Source of the DNA: Escherichia phage UE-S5b
DNA: 64,000 bases
Direction: 5' to 3' (one strand)
Sequence record: PP301341.1
A program made the translations under genes and the position numbers. The notes under the pieces were generated by a model. That model saw only the letters and a program-made list of their open reading frames with translations. It was not told the DNA's origin and did not search any database. Shown in pieces: positions 1 to 9,732 of this stretch (positions within the stretch are counted from its first letter, which is position 1; each line of letters opens with the position of its first letter).

Positions 1-259
1 TATCCTTACAGAATTCTTCAATACTTTTCTTACGCAGAGTCTCAGTCATAGCTGTCTCCTCTGCCAGTTTATTAACAAAGGTATGCATTTCTAATTTAGT
101 ACGGATGGCTTGTTTCTCTGCCATAGTACTTACATATGAATTAAGCATACCTACTGCTTTAGTTGCTGTACCGAATGTATCTGCAACAGTAGTAGCAGCT
201 GAGTTAACAGTACCAAGTAAAGTTCCTGCGGTCATACGTACAGTAGCTTGAGTAGTCAT
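1..259 (-). CDS. hypothetical protein, partial (ORF runs off the window start)
   Basis: Minus-strand ATG at 259-257 preceded by GGAG about 9 nt upstream; open to position 1 with no stop (MTTQATVRMTAGTLLG...). Not in the ORF track because it is truncated by the window edge. Confidence 0.4.
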   Translation of the reverse strand, partial: MTTQATVRMTAGTLLGTVNSAATTVADTFGTATKAVGMLNSYVSTMAEKQAIRTKLEMHTFVNKLAEETAMTETLRKKSIEEFCKD

Positions 260-647
260 GATGATAGCTCCAATAGTTGATGATAGGACGACATGTCCAT
301 AACATGCGGAGCATGTGTAACGTGTAAGGTGGGGTAGGGTAGTGGCTACACCGTCAACATACCGGGGGGGNTNGTTGAGTGTAAGGGTGTAGCCCCAGCC
401 ACAACACTGCTGCTGTATATAGCTATCACAATTTTGACATGCAAAAATATTATAGGCACTATCTCTATAAGCAGATAACTTTGAGGTACTAACATGAAAG
501 ATGGTTGGGGTAATTACAATCCTACAGACCCTTAGAACTGGCTTCACTTTATTGCCTGTGCCTTCGCTATAGGATTCATAGGTATTGTACTCTTGTCACC
601 GGTTCTGCCTTATTTATAAATATTATGAGAAGGTATATATCTACCCT

Positions 648-920
648 CTATTTAGTTCTATATAACATCTTCTCTGCTCTATGCCCATTAACTGCTAAGA
701 AGTAGCATGGGCCAGATACATCGGATACCCTATCCCATGGTTCTAGTTTTATGAAGTTAACTATCATATTTCTAAGTAAGCACTCGCCTCTTAACCAGTG
801 ATAGTCTATATCGGAGTGAACATATACAGGTACATTGGGAATATTGTTACATATCCAATTCCATAGTATACCCTCTCCTACATGTAACCTTCCCATATCT
901 GATAGGAAATATAATCTCAT
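648..920 (-). CDS. hypothetical small protein, possible weak member of the paralog family
   Basis: 90-aa ORF packed head-to-tail with neighbouring minus-strand ORFs; N-terminus MRLYFLSDMG resembles MRIYMRVHD of 2454..2744. Confidence 0.4.
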   Translation of the reverse strand: MRLYFLSDMGRLHVGEGILWNWICNNIPNVPVYVHSDIDYHWLRGECLLRNMIVNFIKLEPWDRVSDVSGPCYFLAVNGHRAEKMLYRTK

Positions 921-921
921 G

Positions 922-1251
922 CTAATCCTTATAAGCAGTTAAATAGGAGGAAGGAATCTGGGAGAGGATGTGGTCATAGTAATAGCAATATGCTTCACTA
1001 TTGGCAGAGTTTATAGGCATACCTATGTAGTCAAACGCCCACAAACAGAAATGGTTGAGTTCGTGGATGAGTGTATGTAAAGGTTCCCTAAAGATACCAA
1101 TCAATACTCGATTGCCAGAATAAGAAGTATACCCCTTACAACCATCCAAGTCTGGCTCATGCCCTTTAAGTTTCTTATACTTTTTAATGAAGGTATCCTG
1201 GTCGAATACTACTTCTAACTGTACCGGGTAGGGTGATGTGTTTAGTTTCAT
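922..1251 (-). CDS. small HExxH-motif protein, putative zinc metallopeptidase-like
   Basis: 109-aa ORF containing LIHELNHFCLWAF (HExxH); stop/start abutting neighbours. Confidence 0.5.
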   Translation of the reverse strand: MKLNTSPYPVQLEVVFDQDTFIKKYKKLKGHEPDLDGCKGYTSYSGNRVLIGIFREPLHTLIHELNHFCLWAFDYIGMPINSANSEAYCYYYDHILSQIPSSYLTAYKD

Positions 1252-1571
1252 TAGAGACTCTCGTCGCTAGATAAATATGAGGTAGAAGGATAGAGGGTAA
1301 TAAGTCTACCAGTAAGGGTAGTTACTACCATAGGTTCACTCTCTGACAATATGTACACACTGGTGTGTTCCGGTATTTCTACGGAATCTACTATCTTAAT
1401 GAATTGGATAGGTTGCCCCAACATTAAGCAAGTACCTATGAACACATCTGCATCTTCACTTGGCTCATACAGGATGGTGGTAACTCTCCCCTTACCTGCC
1501 AGGATATTATCCAATGTATATGGAGACAAATAGCAAGTAGTAGCAAAGCTACTAAGGCAATACAGATGCAT
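1251..1571 (-). CDS. hypothetical protein
   Basis: 106-aa ORF, start codon overlaps the upstream stop (coupled arrangement). Confidence 0.4.
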   Translation of the reverse strand: MHLYCLSSFATTCYLSPYTLDNILAGKGRVTTILYEPSEDADVFIGTCLMLGQPIQFIKIVDSVEIPEHTSVYILSESEPMVVTTLTGRLITLYPSTSYLSSDESL

Positions 1572-1574
1572 ATC

Positions 1575-1952
1575 TTACTTCCTTATATAGTAGTAACAGT
1601 ATTCATCATTTACATACCGACTATCCCATTGGTAGTCATTAGATACCAACATATATGGGATAGGGTCACCTGCACTGTAGTTGGTATAGACAGAGGGTGG
1701 AATAATACATACAACCTTACGATCATTACCTGCTAAGAATAGTTGTCCCCTTACTTCATGGTAGTCCTCTAAGGTAGGAACCAGGATTACTTGCTGGGGG
1801 TTGCTGTTCATTACTTCTTCTAAAGAGAAGTCAGTTGTATACATAGATTCCCTTTCAGCAAAACTGGGGATGGTCATTATGAATTTCATGATTAATTTTC
1901 CTTCCTTTAGGAATAGGTCTGAAGTAAATGGAAAGTGTTTTATTAAAGACAT
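1575..1952 (-). CDS. hypothetical protein, paralog family member (start probably at an internal Met)
   Basis: Contains QQVILVPTLEDYHEVRGQLFLAGN, shared with 1855..2253 and 2454..2744; the track ORF overlaps the upstream gene by ~100 nt, so the true start is likely Met22 or Met26. Confidence 0.45.
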   Translation of the reverse strand: MSLIKHFPFTSDLFLKEGKLIMKFIMTIPSFAERESMYTTDFSLEEVMNSNPQQVILVPTLEDYHEVRGQLFLAGNDRKVVCIIPPSVYTNYSAGDPIPYMLVSNDYQWDSRYVNDEYCYYYIRK

Positions 1953-2253
1953 TATGGTCAGCTATCAATTCCCAACCAGGTATTTTATAGAACCTAACAC
2001 CAGGGAAAATCATACTAAAGTCGCTGTAAAAGGAGAGGTCATACACCTTTGGTTCAGTGAGTATCTTAGTATTGAGTTGCAGGTTGGATAGGAAAAGAGA
2101 ACCAATAACCTCGTGTGACTCTTCACAGTCAGGTAAGAATACTGTTTGCCATGGGGTAATGAACTTACTTACTACTTCTGGTTCCCCAAGGTAATAAGGT
2201 TCTTGATTACGAAGTATCCCAGTAATATCAATATCAAAAGCGTAGATGCTCAT
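1855..2253 (-). CDS. hypothetical protein, paralog family member
   Basis: 132-aa ORF with WQTVFLPDCEESHEVIGSLFLSN motif. Confidence 0.5.
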   Translation of the reverse strand: MSIYAFDIDITGILRNQEPYYLGEPEVVSKFITPWQTVFLPDCEESHEVIGSLFLSNLQLNTKILTEPKVYDLSFYSDFSMIFPGVRFYKIPGWELIADHNVFNKTLSIYFRPIPKGRKINHEIHNDHPQFC

Positions 2254-2453
2254 ATTTGCATACCTCCTGAAAAAGAAATGGGGTAGAGCCTCTCGACTCT
2301 ACCCCTTACCGTTTTCAATCACGGGTCAGTTCATCACCCTAGATACATGTGTATCGTTAGCCTACTAGGTAGGAAAGGAGCCGGGTAACCCTGACTGTAG
2401 AAGTTATTAACTCTTTACGAGTACCGCCACTGTCTACTAGGCGGCATGACTAA

Positions 2454-2744
2454 TCACATCGTCACCATCATCCGAACACTATCTTTGCTTCGCCTGACGG
2501 AGACACTATGAGGTAATTTTGTGAAGAACACAAGAGCTGAAAGTCTCTTTTCTAAAGAGTAAGTTTCTCTTGGTTCTAAGATCTTAATGCCTGGACGATT
2601 CTCTAACAGCATCATCCCAGCTAATTCATGGTAGGAATCTTCATCATGTGTAATGATAATATCATCTGAAAGAATACCAGCCTTGGTATGGTCTAGTTCT
2701 TTGTATTCATCTTTGGAGTCGTGGACTCTCATATAGATTCTCAA
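2454..2744 (-). CDS. hypothetical protein, paralog family member
   Basis: 96-aa ORF with IIITHDEDSYHELAGMMLLEN motif; first gene of the minus-strand block, divergent from the late module. Confidence 0.5.
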   Translation of the reverse strand: MRIYMRVHDSKDEYKELDHTKAGILSDDIIITHDEDSYHELAGMMLLENRPGIKILEPRETYSLEKRLSALVFFTKLPHSVSVRRSKDSVRMMVTM

Positions 2745-2915
2745 ATGTTACTCCTTTTAGGAATAGGGTCATCGGAACATTACATACTATTTAGTATCAT
2801 GAACTTTTTCTATATCATGACTAAAGTGTAACTGTATGGTATGGTTTCTTCAAGGGGTAACTCACCCCAAGAAAAGAATCTTCTTTAATAGACATAACTT
2901 TGTAGCGAGATAAGT

Positions 2916-3605
2916 ATGAGTGAACTAACTAAGCAGCAGATTGTTAATGCCCTACCTGCTAACTTCAAGAACAGTGTAACCCAGGAGTTGGTGGACACGA
3001 TCAACAACATTACCCAAGACCAACTGGTTGCTGAGTCCTTCCGTGAAAACTTTATCTCCTACTCTGGTGTAATGAAGGAAGGTAAGTTTAAGACACAGGA
3101 TTACATGAATGCAGTTCAGTATGTGACTTACAAACATATGGGCTATTCAAATAAGGAAGCCTACTTCAAAACATTCCCTAACCGACAGGCAGAACTTGTA
3201 GCACGAGGAACCAGTGAGAAAGATATCAGTGCTTATGTATCTGCTTACCATAGGGGTAAATTGGTTAACCTCATCATGGAACAAAGTTTGGTTCCAGTGT
3301 GGATTGTGAACCAGGACAATTATCAAAAGGCTATCAACGTTCAGGTTGAACTAATGACCACAGCAGCAAGTGAGAAAGTAAGATGTGATGCAGCTAACTC
3401 TATCCTTACTCACTTGGCTAAACCGAAAGACCAGGTAACGAANATCAATCTGGACTTNAGAGAGAACTCCGGNTTAACTGACCTCAAGGCAACACTTGCT
3501 GCATTGGCTGAACAGCAGATTAATGCAATCAATAGTGGAGTACCTACTAAAGAGGTTGCTGGTTCTAAACTAGTACGTGCAGATGAGGACATTACAGATG
3601 TCTGA
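2916..3605 (+). CDS. putative terminase small subunit / DNA-packaging accessory protein
   Basis: 229-aa ORF immediately upstream of, and coupled to, the terminase large subunit (ATGTCTGA overlap). Assignment is by position only. Confidence 0.45.
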   Translation: MSELTKQQIVNALPANFKNSVTQELVDTINNITQDQLVAESFRENFISYSGVMKEGKFKTQDYMNAVQYVTYKHMGYSNKEAYFKTFPNRQAELVARGTSEKDISAYVSAYHRGKLVNLIMEQSLVPVWIVNQDNYQKAINVQVELMTTAASEKVRCDAANSILTHLAKPKDQVTXINLDXRENSXLTDLKATLAALAEQQINAINSGVPTKEVAGSKLVRADEDITDV

Positions 3606-5187
3606 GTTAATTAAACAGGAACTGGATGAATGGCTGGACCAGGTGGACTACTCCCACCTTAATTCATCTAACTATGTTCCTAGTCAGTTTGCTCTTACCT
3701 TTGCCAACTTTATTAAGTTGGTTAATGGCAAAGAAGGTGAATCCAACAAAACACCTCCAGTTCACTTGAAGATGTTGGATAAGATGATTAGCCCGAACCA
3801 GTATGTAGTTAACCTGTGTTTCCGTGGTGCAGGTAAAACTGCTGTGTTCATGGAGTACTTTACTTTGTTCCTGGCAGTGTTTGGTCATTTACCAAGCCTG
3901 GGTAAGGTAGAAGGAATGATTTACGTATCTGACTCAATGGATAACGGTGCTAAGTCTGCACGTAAGAACATTGAGTTCCGTTACAAGAATAGTGAGTTCC
4001 TTCAGCAATGGATACCTGAGGCTACATTTACAGATAACCTTCTGGAGTTCCGTAATGTAGAAGGACATCGACTTGGTGTTAAGTTGTTTGGTGCTAAGAC
4101 AGGTCTTCGTGGTACGAAGATATATGGTAAACGTCCAACACTCTGTGTACTGGATGACTTGATTAGTGATGGTGATGCTAACTCCAAGACAAGCATGGAA
4201 GCTATTAAGGATACCGTCTATAAAGGTGTGAACCATGCTCTTGACCCAACCCGTCGTAAAGTAATTTTCAATGGTACTCCCTTTAATAAGGAAGACATTA
4301 TCATTGAAGCAGTTGAGTCTGGTGCATGGGATGTCAACGTATGGCCTGTATGCGAGAAGTTCCCCTGTAGCAGGGAAGAATTTCAGGGTGCATGGGATGA
4401 CCGTTTCTCTTATGACTATATCAAAGCCCAATACGATATGGCAGTTAAGACGGGTAAGCTGGCAGGCTTCTATCAGGAACTTATGCTTCGTATTAGTTCT
4501 GAAGATGAGAGACTGGTTCAGGATAGTGAAATTAGGTGGTATAGCAGACAACAACTATTAAGGATGAAGTCCTGCTACAACTATTACATTACAACTGACT
4601 TTGCTACTTCGGAGAAACAGACCAGTGACTACAGTGTCATTTCAGTTTGGGCTTATAGTTCTAATGGAGATTGGTTCTGGGTTGATGGTGTGGCTAATCG
4701 TCAGCTTATGGATAAAAACTTTGATGACTTATTCCGTCTGGTTCAGGAATACCAACCACAAAATGTTGGGGTCGAAACCACAGGTCAACAAGGTGGATTC
4801 ATCTCACTCCTTCAAAAAGAAATGATTAACCGTAATGTCTTCTTTAACTTTGCATCCTCTGAAGGTGGTAAGCCAGGCATACGTCCTGTAACCTCTAAGC
4901 TGTCACGCTTTAACCTGGTAGTTCCATGGTTCAAAGCTGGTAAGATGTACTTCCCGGAAGAGTTGAGAGATTCAACTATTATGGGTTTGTTCATGGGCCA
5001 GATTAAATTAGCTACCATTAATGGAATCAAAGGTAAGGATGACTGTATTGATACTATCTCTATGCTGGGTTATCTCAATCCCTGGAAACCACAGGCAGGT
5101 ATGACTATGGTGGATAACAAGGGTGACCCGATGTGGGACGATGAAGAAGAAGATAGTGTTAACCCCCTACGTTCATATATTGTGTGA
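3598..5187 (+). CDS. terminase large subunit
   Basis: About 530 aa; P-loop-like FRGAGKTAV near the N-terminus, acidic LCVLDDLISDGD segment, C-terminal nuclease-like region. Start taken as ATG 3598 (track begins at a GTG at 3577). Confidence 0.7.
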   Translation: MSELIKQELDEWLDQVDYSHLNSSNYVPSQFALTFANFIKLVNGKEGESNKTPPVHLKMLDKMISPNQYVVNLCFRGAGKTAVFMEYFTLFLAVFGHLPSLGKVEGMIYVSDSMDNGAKSARKNIEFRYKNSEFLQQWIPEATFTDNLLEFRNVEGHRLGVKLFGAKTGLRGTKIYGKRPTLCVLDDLISDGDANSKTSMEAIKDTVYKGVNHALDPTRRKVIFNGTPFNKEDIIIEAVESGAWDVNVWPVCEKFPCSREEFQGAWDDRFSYDYIKAQYDMAVKTGKLAGFYQELMLRISSEDERLVQDSEIRWYSRQQLLRMKSCYNYYITTDFATSEKQTSDYSVISVWAYSSNGDWFWVDGVANRQLMDKNFDDLFRLVQEYQPQNVGVETTGQQGGFISLLQKEMINRNVFFNFASSEGGKPGIRPVTSKLSRFNLVVPWFKAGKMYFPEELRDSTIMGLFMGQIKLATINGIKGKDDCIDTISMLGYLNPWKPQAGMTMVDNKGDPMWDDEEEDSVNPLRSYIV

Positions 5188-5193
5188 GGAACC

Positions 5194-5904
5194 ATGCAAA
5201 AATTATCGGAAGTATACCGTGGCTTGGCACTAAGTACCTTGAAGGGTACTGGTGCAGTCACGGATGACAGATTGGGTATTGAGCCTGATAGTAAGCCTGA
5301 GATACTGGCAGCTATTAATGAAGGATTGGTTCGACTGCATAGTCGTTTCCCTCTCAGAACTAATAGTTGTATTGTGGAGATGAAAGAAGGGCGTACCGAT
5401 TATCCTCTTCAATCCAGATATGCTTACTCCAGATTTACTAAGCCCACTCTTGAGGTTCAGTATCCATACATCATGGATGGGTTCATGAAACCTTTCCAGG
5501 ATGATGTTATTAAAATCTTAAATGTATTTGATAACTCAGGGAACCGACGTAGACTGAACGATGATTCGGACCCTCGTGCTATCTTCACTCCACGGCCTGA
5601 TACTATTCAGTGTATGCGTCCTCGACACTTTGAGGCACTTAACGTAATGTATCAAGCCAAGCACCCAGTGCTTACGGGTGATGAAGAACAGGAAGTTGAT
5701 TTAGCTGATACGCTAATGACGGCACTTCATAACTGGGTGGGTTATCGTTACCACACCGGTTTGAATACTCCGGAAGCTAACGCTAAAGCAGCAGAGCATC
5801 TGCAAACATATGAAAGCATCTGTGGTGAGGTTGTTGATTACGACCTGGCTAATGGAAGTATTTCAATTACCGAAACTAAATTTGAACAACGAGGATGGCG
5901 ATGA
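5194..5904 (+). CDS. virion structural protein (tail/adaptor-associated, unknown function)
   Basis: 236-aa ORF between terminase and tailspike, overlapping the next gene start. Confidence 0.5.
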   Translation: MQKLSEVYRGLALSTLKGTGAVTDDRLGIEPDSKPEILAAINEGLVRLHSRFPLRTNSCIVEMKEGRTDYPLQSRYAYSRFTKPTLEVQYPYIMDGFMKPFQDDVIKILNVFDNSGNRRRLNDDSDPRAIFTPRPDTIQCMRPRHFEALNVMYQAKHPVLTGDEEQEVDLADTLMTALHNWVGYRYHTGLNTPEANAKAAEHLQTYESICGEVVDYDLANGSISITETKFEQRGWR

Positions 5905-8900
5905 ACGCACATACCCCCTTTGATGCAAATCAGGATTGGACCAATCCATATTGTCATAACAGTTCCAATGACCAAATGGTGGATGCACTGCTTGGTAATG
6001 CTTACCATGTGGTTCGTACTGTGTACTGCAACCTGGGTAATCTTAAACTCCTGTATGATTTCCTGAACCAGTATGGGATGGTCATCGGTGTAAACTCTGA
6101 AGAGGAATTGAAGGCATTATCCACGCAGGTTAAATATTCCCGTATCTACGGTTTCTCCCGTGCAGGTGACCGGCAGGTAACTGATTACTTGTACGTAGAA
6201 GGTGATCGTACTGGCATCATCCCAGATGACTCAGAAGCAACTGGTTCGTGGATTACTGTTGCTACTTCTGGTTCCAATGGTGGTGGTACTTCTTCCAGTG
6301 AAGGTGCTTATATTCCTTGGGTATACAGCAATGGTTCTGCTACTGGTGGGGAAACCACAATCAACGTACCAGATGGTACGGTGGGTGTACCTTTCATTAT
6401 TGTTAATGGCGACATGCAGTATGTAGGTCGTGGATTTGAGTTCAACGTAGACAGCCTGTCCGTAACTCTGGCNCAACCTTTAGAGGAAGGNGATGAAGTA
6501 GTATTCCTTCTGACTGGTGTTCCTGCTGTACCGGATAATCCTAACATTAATGACTGGATTCAGATCAATTGGTTGTACAACAATGGTGCTGCTGTAGGGG
6601 GTGAGCAGGTTATTGCTATTCCGTATACCTTCCAGTCTATTCCGGCTGTGTATAAGAATGGTCTTCGTTTGTATAAAGGATTAACTACTGAGTCTTATAC
6701 TGCTGACCCAGATAACCAACGTATTTTTCTTACCGAACCACTGACAACCAATGATCGTTTGATAGTACAGATTGGTGGTGAAGCACGAGTATTGGAAGCA
6801 ACAGATCGTACTCTACAGGAAGTGGCTCGTGCGGCTAATGTAAAAGATTCTGAGGTTATTCTCAGTACTAATACAGTACAATCCTTAAATAACAAAAAAG
6901 TTATTTATAATCCCGATAATCAGCAGATTTACGTTATTCCAGAATTACCAACTAATGTGTATATATCCAGCGTAGTTGGTAATATCCTTACATATACTCC
7001 AGGTAACATTCAGGTTGAGTTACTAACCAAAAAAGAAACTGACCAAAATACCCTATGGCGTAATCAGGGAGATGTCCGTGGTTGGGGTGTTAAAGGGGAC
7101 GCTGTGCATGATGATACAGTAGCATTAACGAACGTATTAAACGACACACCAGTTGGACAAAAGATTAATGGCAATGGGAAGACATATAAGGTCACATCCT
7201 TGCCTGATATTAGTCGATTCGTCAACACTCGTTTTGTTTATGAGCGTATTCCTGGTCAGCCGCTTTATTATGCCTCTGAAGAATTTGTTCAGGGCGAGCT
7301 TTTCAAAATAACGGACACCCCTTATTACAATGCGTGGCCACAGGATAAAGCGTTCGTTTACGATGATGTTATTTACTGCCCGTTCATGGCTAGTGATAGA
7401 CATGGGGTCAGCAGGCTGCATGTATCCTGGGTTCGTTCAGGGGATGACGGACAGACCTGGACAACGCCGGAATGGTTAACCGACCTACATCCTGATTACC
7501 CGACAGTTAACTACCACTGTATGAGTATGGGGGTGATGCGTAATCGTCTCTTTGCGATGATTGAGACACGTACTTTAGCATCTAACGCACTGGTGACCTG
7601 TGAGATATGGGACCGTCCTATGTCCCGTAATTACCATCCGACAGGTGGTATCACAAAAGCCGCTAATCAGCCTGTGGCTGTAATTACTATTCCTGACCAT
7701 GGATTGTTTGCCGGAGATTTTGTTAACTTCTCGAACTCTGGGGTGACTGGTGTTTCGGGGAATATGACTGTAACTTCAGTTATTGACCGCAACACATTTA
7801 CTGTCACCACGCCAAATCAACAGGAATCTGACCAAAATAACTCTACCAAAGTCTGGCATATGGGGACATCGTTCCACCAGTCACCTTGGCGTAAAACCAA
7901 CCTTGGACTGATTCCCATGGTTACCGAGGTTCACAGTTTTACCGCCATCAATAATGATTCATTTATGATGGGATATCACCAGGGTGATGCTGCTCCACGT
8001 GAAGTTGGTATGCTGTATTTCCCGGATGCATTTAACAATCCTGGGCATTATATAAAACGACGTATCCCTGCTGAATATGAGCCAGATGCGGCAGAACCCT
8101 GTGTTAAATATTTTGACGGTGTTCTTTATGTTGTAACCCGTGGAACTCGGTCGGATCGTCTGGGTAGTTCACTACATCGTAGTAACGATTTGGGTATATC
8201 CTGGCAATCATTGAGGTTCCCGAATAATGTCCACCACTCCACCCTGCCATTCGCTAAGGTAGGAAACGAACTCATTCTTTTTGGAACAGAACGTGCGGAC
8301 AACGAGTGGGAAGCAAACGCACCCGACCAGCGATATTTCAGTTCTTACCCGCGAACGTTTTACACACGAGTGAACTTAGACACCTGGAATCTGGATAATA
8401 CTCAGTGGGTGAATATCACTGACCAGATATATCAGGGTGGCATTGTCAACTCTGGCGTTGGTGTTGGCTCAGTGGTTGTTAAGGATAGTTATATCTATTA
8501 CATGTTCGGTGGGGAAGACCATCTGAACCCCTGGACATATGGAGATAACTCATCGAAAGACCCATTCAAATCAGATGGTCATCCATCAGATTTGTATTGC
8601 TACAAAATGAAGATTGGTTCAGACAATCGTGTTTCCAGGGATTTCAGATATGGTGCTGTACCTGACAGAGCTGTCCCCGTGTTTTTTGATACAAATGGGA
8701 TTCGCACTGTTCCTGCTCCAATGGAATTTACAGGAGATTTGGGTTTAGGTCATGTGACCCTTAGAGCCAGCACCAGTAGTAACATTCGCTCTGAAGTTTT
8801 AATGGAAGGTGAGTATGGGTTTATCGGGAAATCTGTACCGACTAATAACCCAGCAGGGCAGCGCATCATATTTTGCGGGGGAGACGGAACCAGTTCTTCT

Positions 8901-9548
8901 ACTGGTGCACAGATTACGCTTTACGGTGCGAGCAACACAGCTTCTCGCAGGATAGTTTACAACGGAAATGAACATCTGTTTCAGGGTGCTGATGTTAAGC
9001 CTTATAACGATAACGTCATTGCGCTTGGTGGACCAAGTAACCGTTTCACCACTGCATACCTCGGAAGTAACCCTATTGTTACTTCTAACGGGGAGAAGAA
9101 AACAGAGCCGGTAGTTTTTGATGATGCTTTCCTGGATGCCTGGGGTGACGTTCACTACATCATGTACCAGTGGTTAGATGCTGTTCAACTGAAAGGCAAT
9201 GATGCTCGTATTCACTTCGGGGTTATTGCTCAACAAATTCGTGATGTATTCATTGCACATGGTCTGATGGATGAAAACAGTACGAATTGTCGTTATGCTG
9301 TTCTGTGCTATGACAAGTATCCACGGATGACCGATACGGTATTTTCACACAATGAAATCGTTGAACACACTGACGAGGAGGGTAATGTCACTACTACGGA
9401 AGAACCTGTATACACCGAGGTGGTTATTCATGAAGAGGGTGAGGAGTGGGGTGTTCGGCCTGACGGAATTTTCTTTGCTGAAGCCGCTTATCAGAGAAGA
9501 AAACTGGAAAGAATCGAAGCCAGACTTTCTGCTCTTGAACAGAAGTAA
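5895..9548 (+). CDS. tailspike / tail fibre with C-terminal intramolecular chaperone (peptidase S74-like) domain
   Basis: 1217 aa; WRNQGDVRGWGVKGDAVHDDT (pectate-lyase-3-like start of a beta-helix); C-terminus PVVFDDAFLDAWGDVHYIMYQWLD...HFGVIAQQIRDVF matches the self-cleaving chaperone module of endosialidase-type tailspikes. Confidence 0.75.
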   Translation: MAMNAHTPFDANQDWTNPYCHNSSNDQMVDALLGNAYHVVRTVYCNLGNLKLLYDFLNQYGMVIGVNSEEELKALSTQVKYSRIYGFSRAGDRQVTDYLYVEGDRTGIIPDDSEATGSWITVATSGSNGGGTSSSEGAYIPWVYSNGSATGGETTINVPDGTVGVPFIIVNGDMQYVGRGFEFNVDSLSVTLXQPLEEXDEVVFLLTGVPAVPDNPNINDWIQINWLYNNGAAVGGEQVIAIPYTFQSIPAVYKNGLRLYKGLTTESYTADPDNQRIFLTEPLTTNDRLIVQIGGEARVLEATDRTLQEVARAANVKDSEVILSTNTVQSLNNKKVIYNPDNQQIYVIPELPTNVYISSVVGNILTYTPGNIQVELLTKKETDQNTLWRNQGDVRGWGVKGDAVHDDTVALTNVLNDTPVGQKINGNGKTYKVTSLPDISRFVNTRFVYERIPGQPLYYASEEFVQGELFKITDTPYYNAWPQDKAFVYDDVIYCPFMASDRHGVSRLHVSWVRSGDDGQTWTTPEWLTDLHPDYPTVNYHCMSMGVMRNRLFAMIETRTLASNALVTCEIWDRPMSRNYHPTGGITKAANQPVAVITIPDHGLFAGDFVNFSNSGVTGVSGNMTVTSVIDRNTFTVTTPNQQESDQNNSTKVWHMGTSFHQSPWRKTNLGLIPMVTEVHSFTAINNDSFMMGYHQGDAAPREVGMLYFPDAFNNPGHYIKRRIPAEYEPDAAEPCVKYFDGVLYVVTRGTRSDRLGSSLHRSNDLGISWQSLRFPNNVHHSTLPFAKVGNELILFGTERADNEWEANAPDQRYFSSYPRTFYTRVNLDTWNLDNTQWVNITDQIYQGGIVNSGVGVGSVVVKDSYIYYMFGGEDHLNPWTYGDNSSKDPFKSDGHPSDLYCYKMKIGSDNRVSRDFRYGAVPDRAVPVFFDTNGIRTVPAPMEFTGDLGLGHVTLRASTSSNIRSEVLMEGEYGFIGKSVPTNNPAGQRIIFCGGDGTSSSTGAQITLYGASNTASRRIVYNGNEHLFQGADVKPYNDNVIALGGPSNRFTTAYLGSNPIVTSNGEKKTEPVVFDDAFLDAWGDVHYIMYQWLDAVQLKGNDARIHFGVIAQQIRDVFIAHGLMDENSTNCRYAVLCYDKYPRMTDTVFSHNEIVEHTDEEGNVTTTEEPVYTEVVIHEEGEEWGVRPDGIFFAEAAYQRRKLERIEARLSALEQK

Positions 9549-9732
9549 TAAACAAAACCATTTTGCCATTAAGTTGGTGGAGGGGTGGATACGGTATTAG
9601 TTATGAGAAATCTCCCGTACTTAAGTGTGCATTTCTTCGTCGGCAATTGGAAAAATTTAAATAATCTTCCAATGTGTACATAAGGATATATTCGGCAAGG
9701 ACGCCATTAACCAGAAAAACAAAGAGGTTCTT

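Noticed and set aside
431-456. Plus-strand TTGACA (434-439) as a sigma70 -35 box
   Set aside because: No plus-strand gene lies downstream and the spacing to a usable -10 is poor; the minus-strand TATAAT in the same spot is more consistent with the edge ORF.
3577-3597. GTG-initiated N-terminal extension of the terminase large subunit
   Set aside because: The ATG at 3598 (MSELIKQ) overlaps the upstream stop in a typical coupling arrangement; the GTG extension lies wholly inside the upstream gene.
3934-4554. 206-aa minus-strand ORF inside the terminase large subunit gene
   Set aside because: Fully antisense to a gene with clear motifs; no RBS and no independent support.
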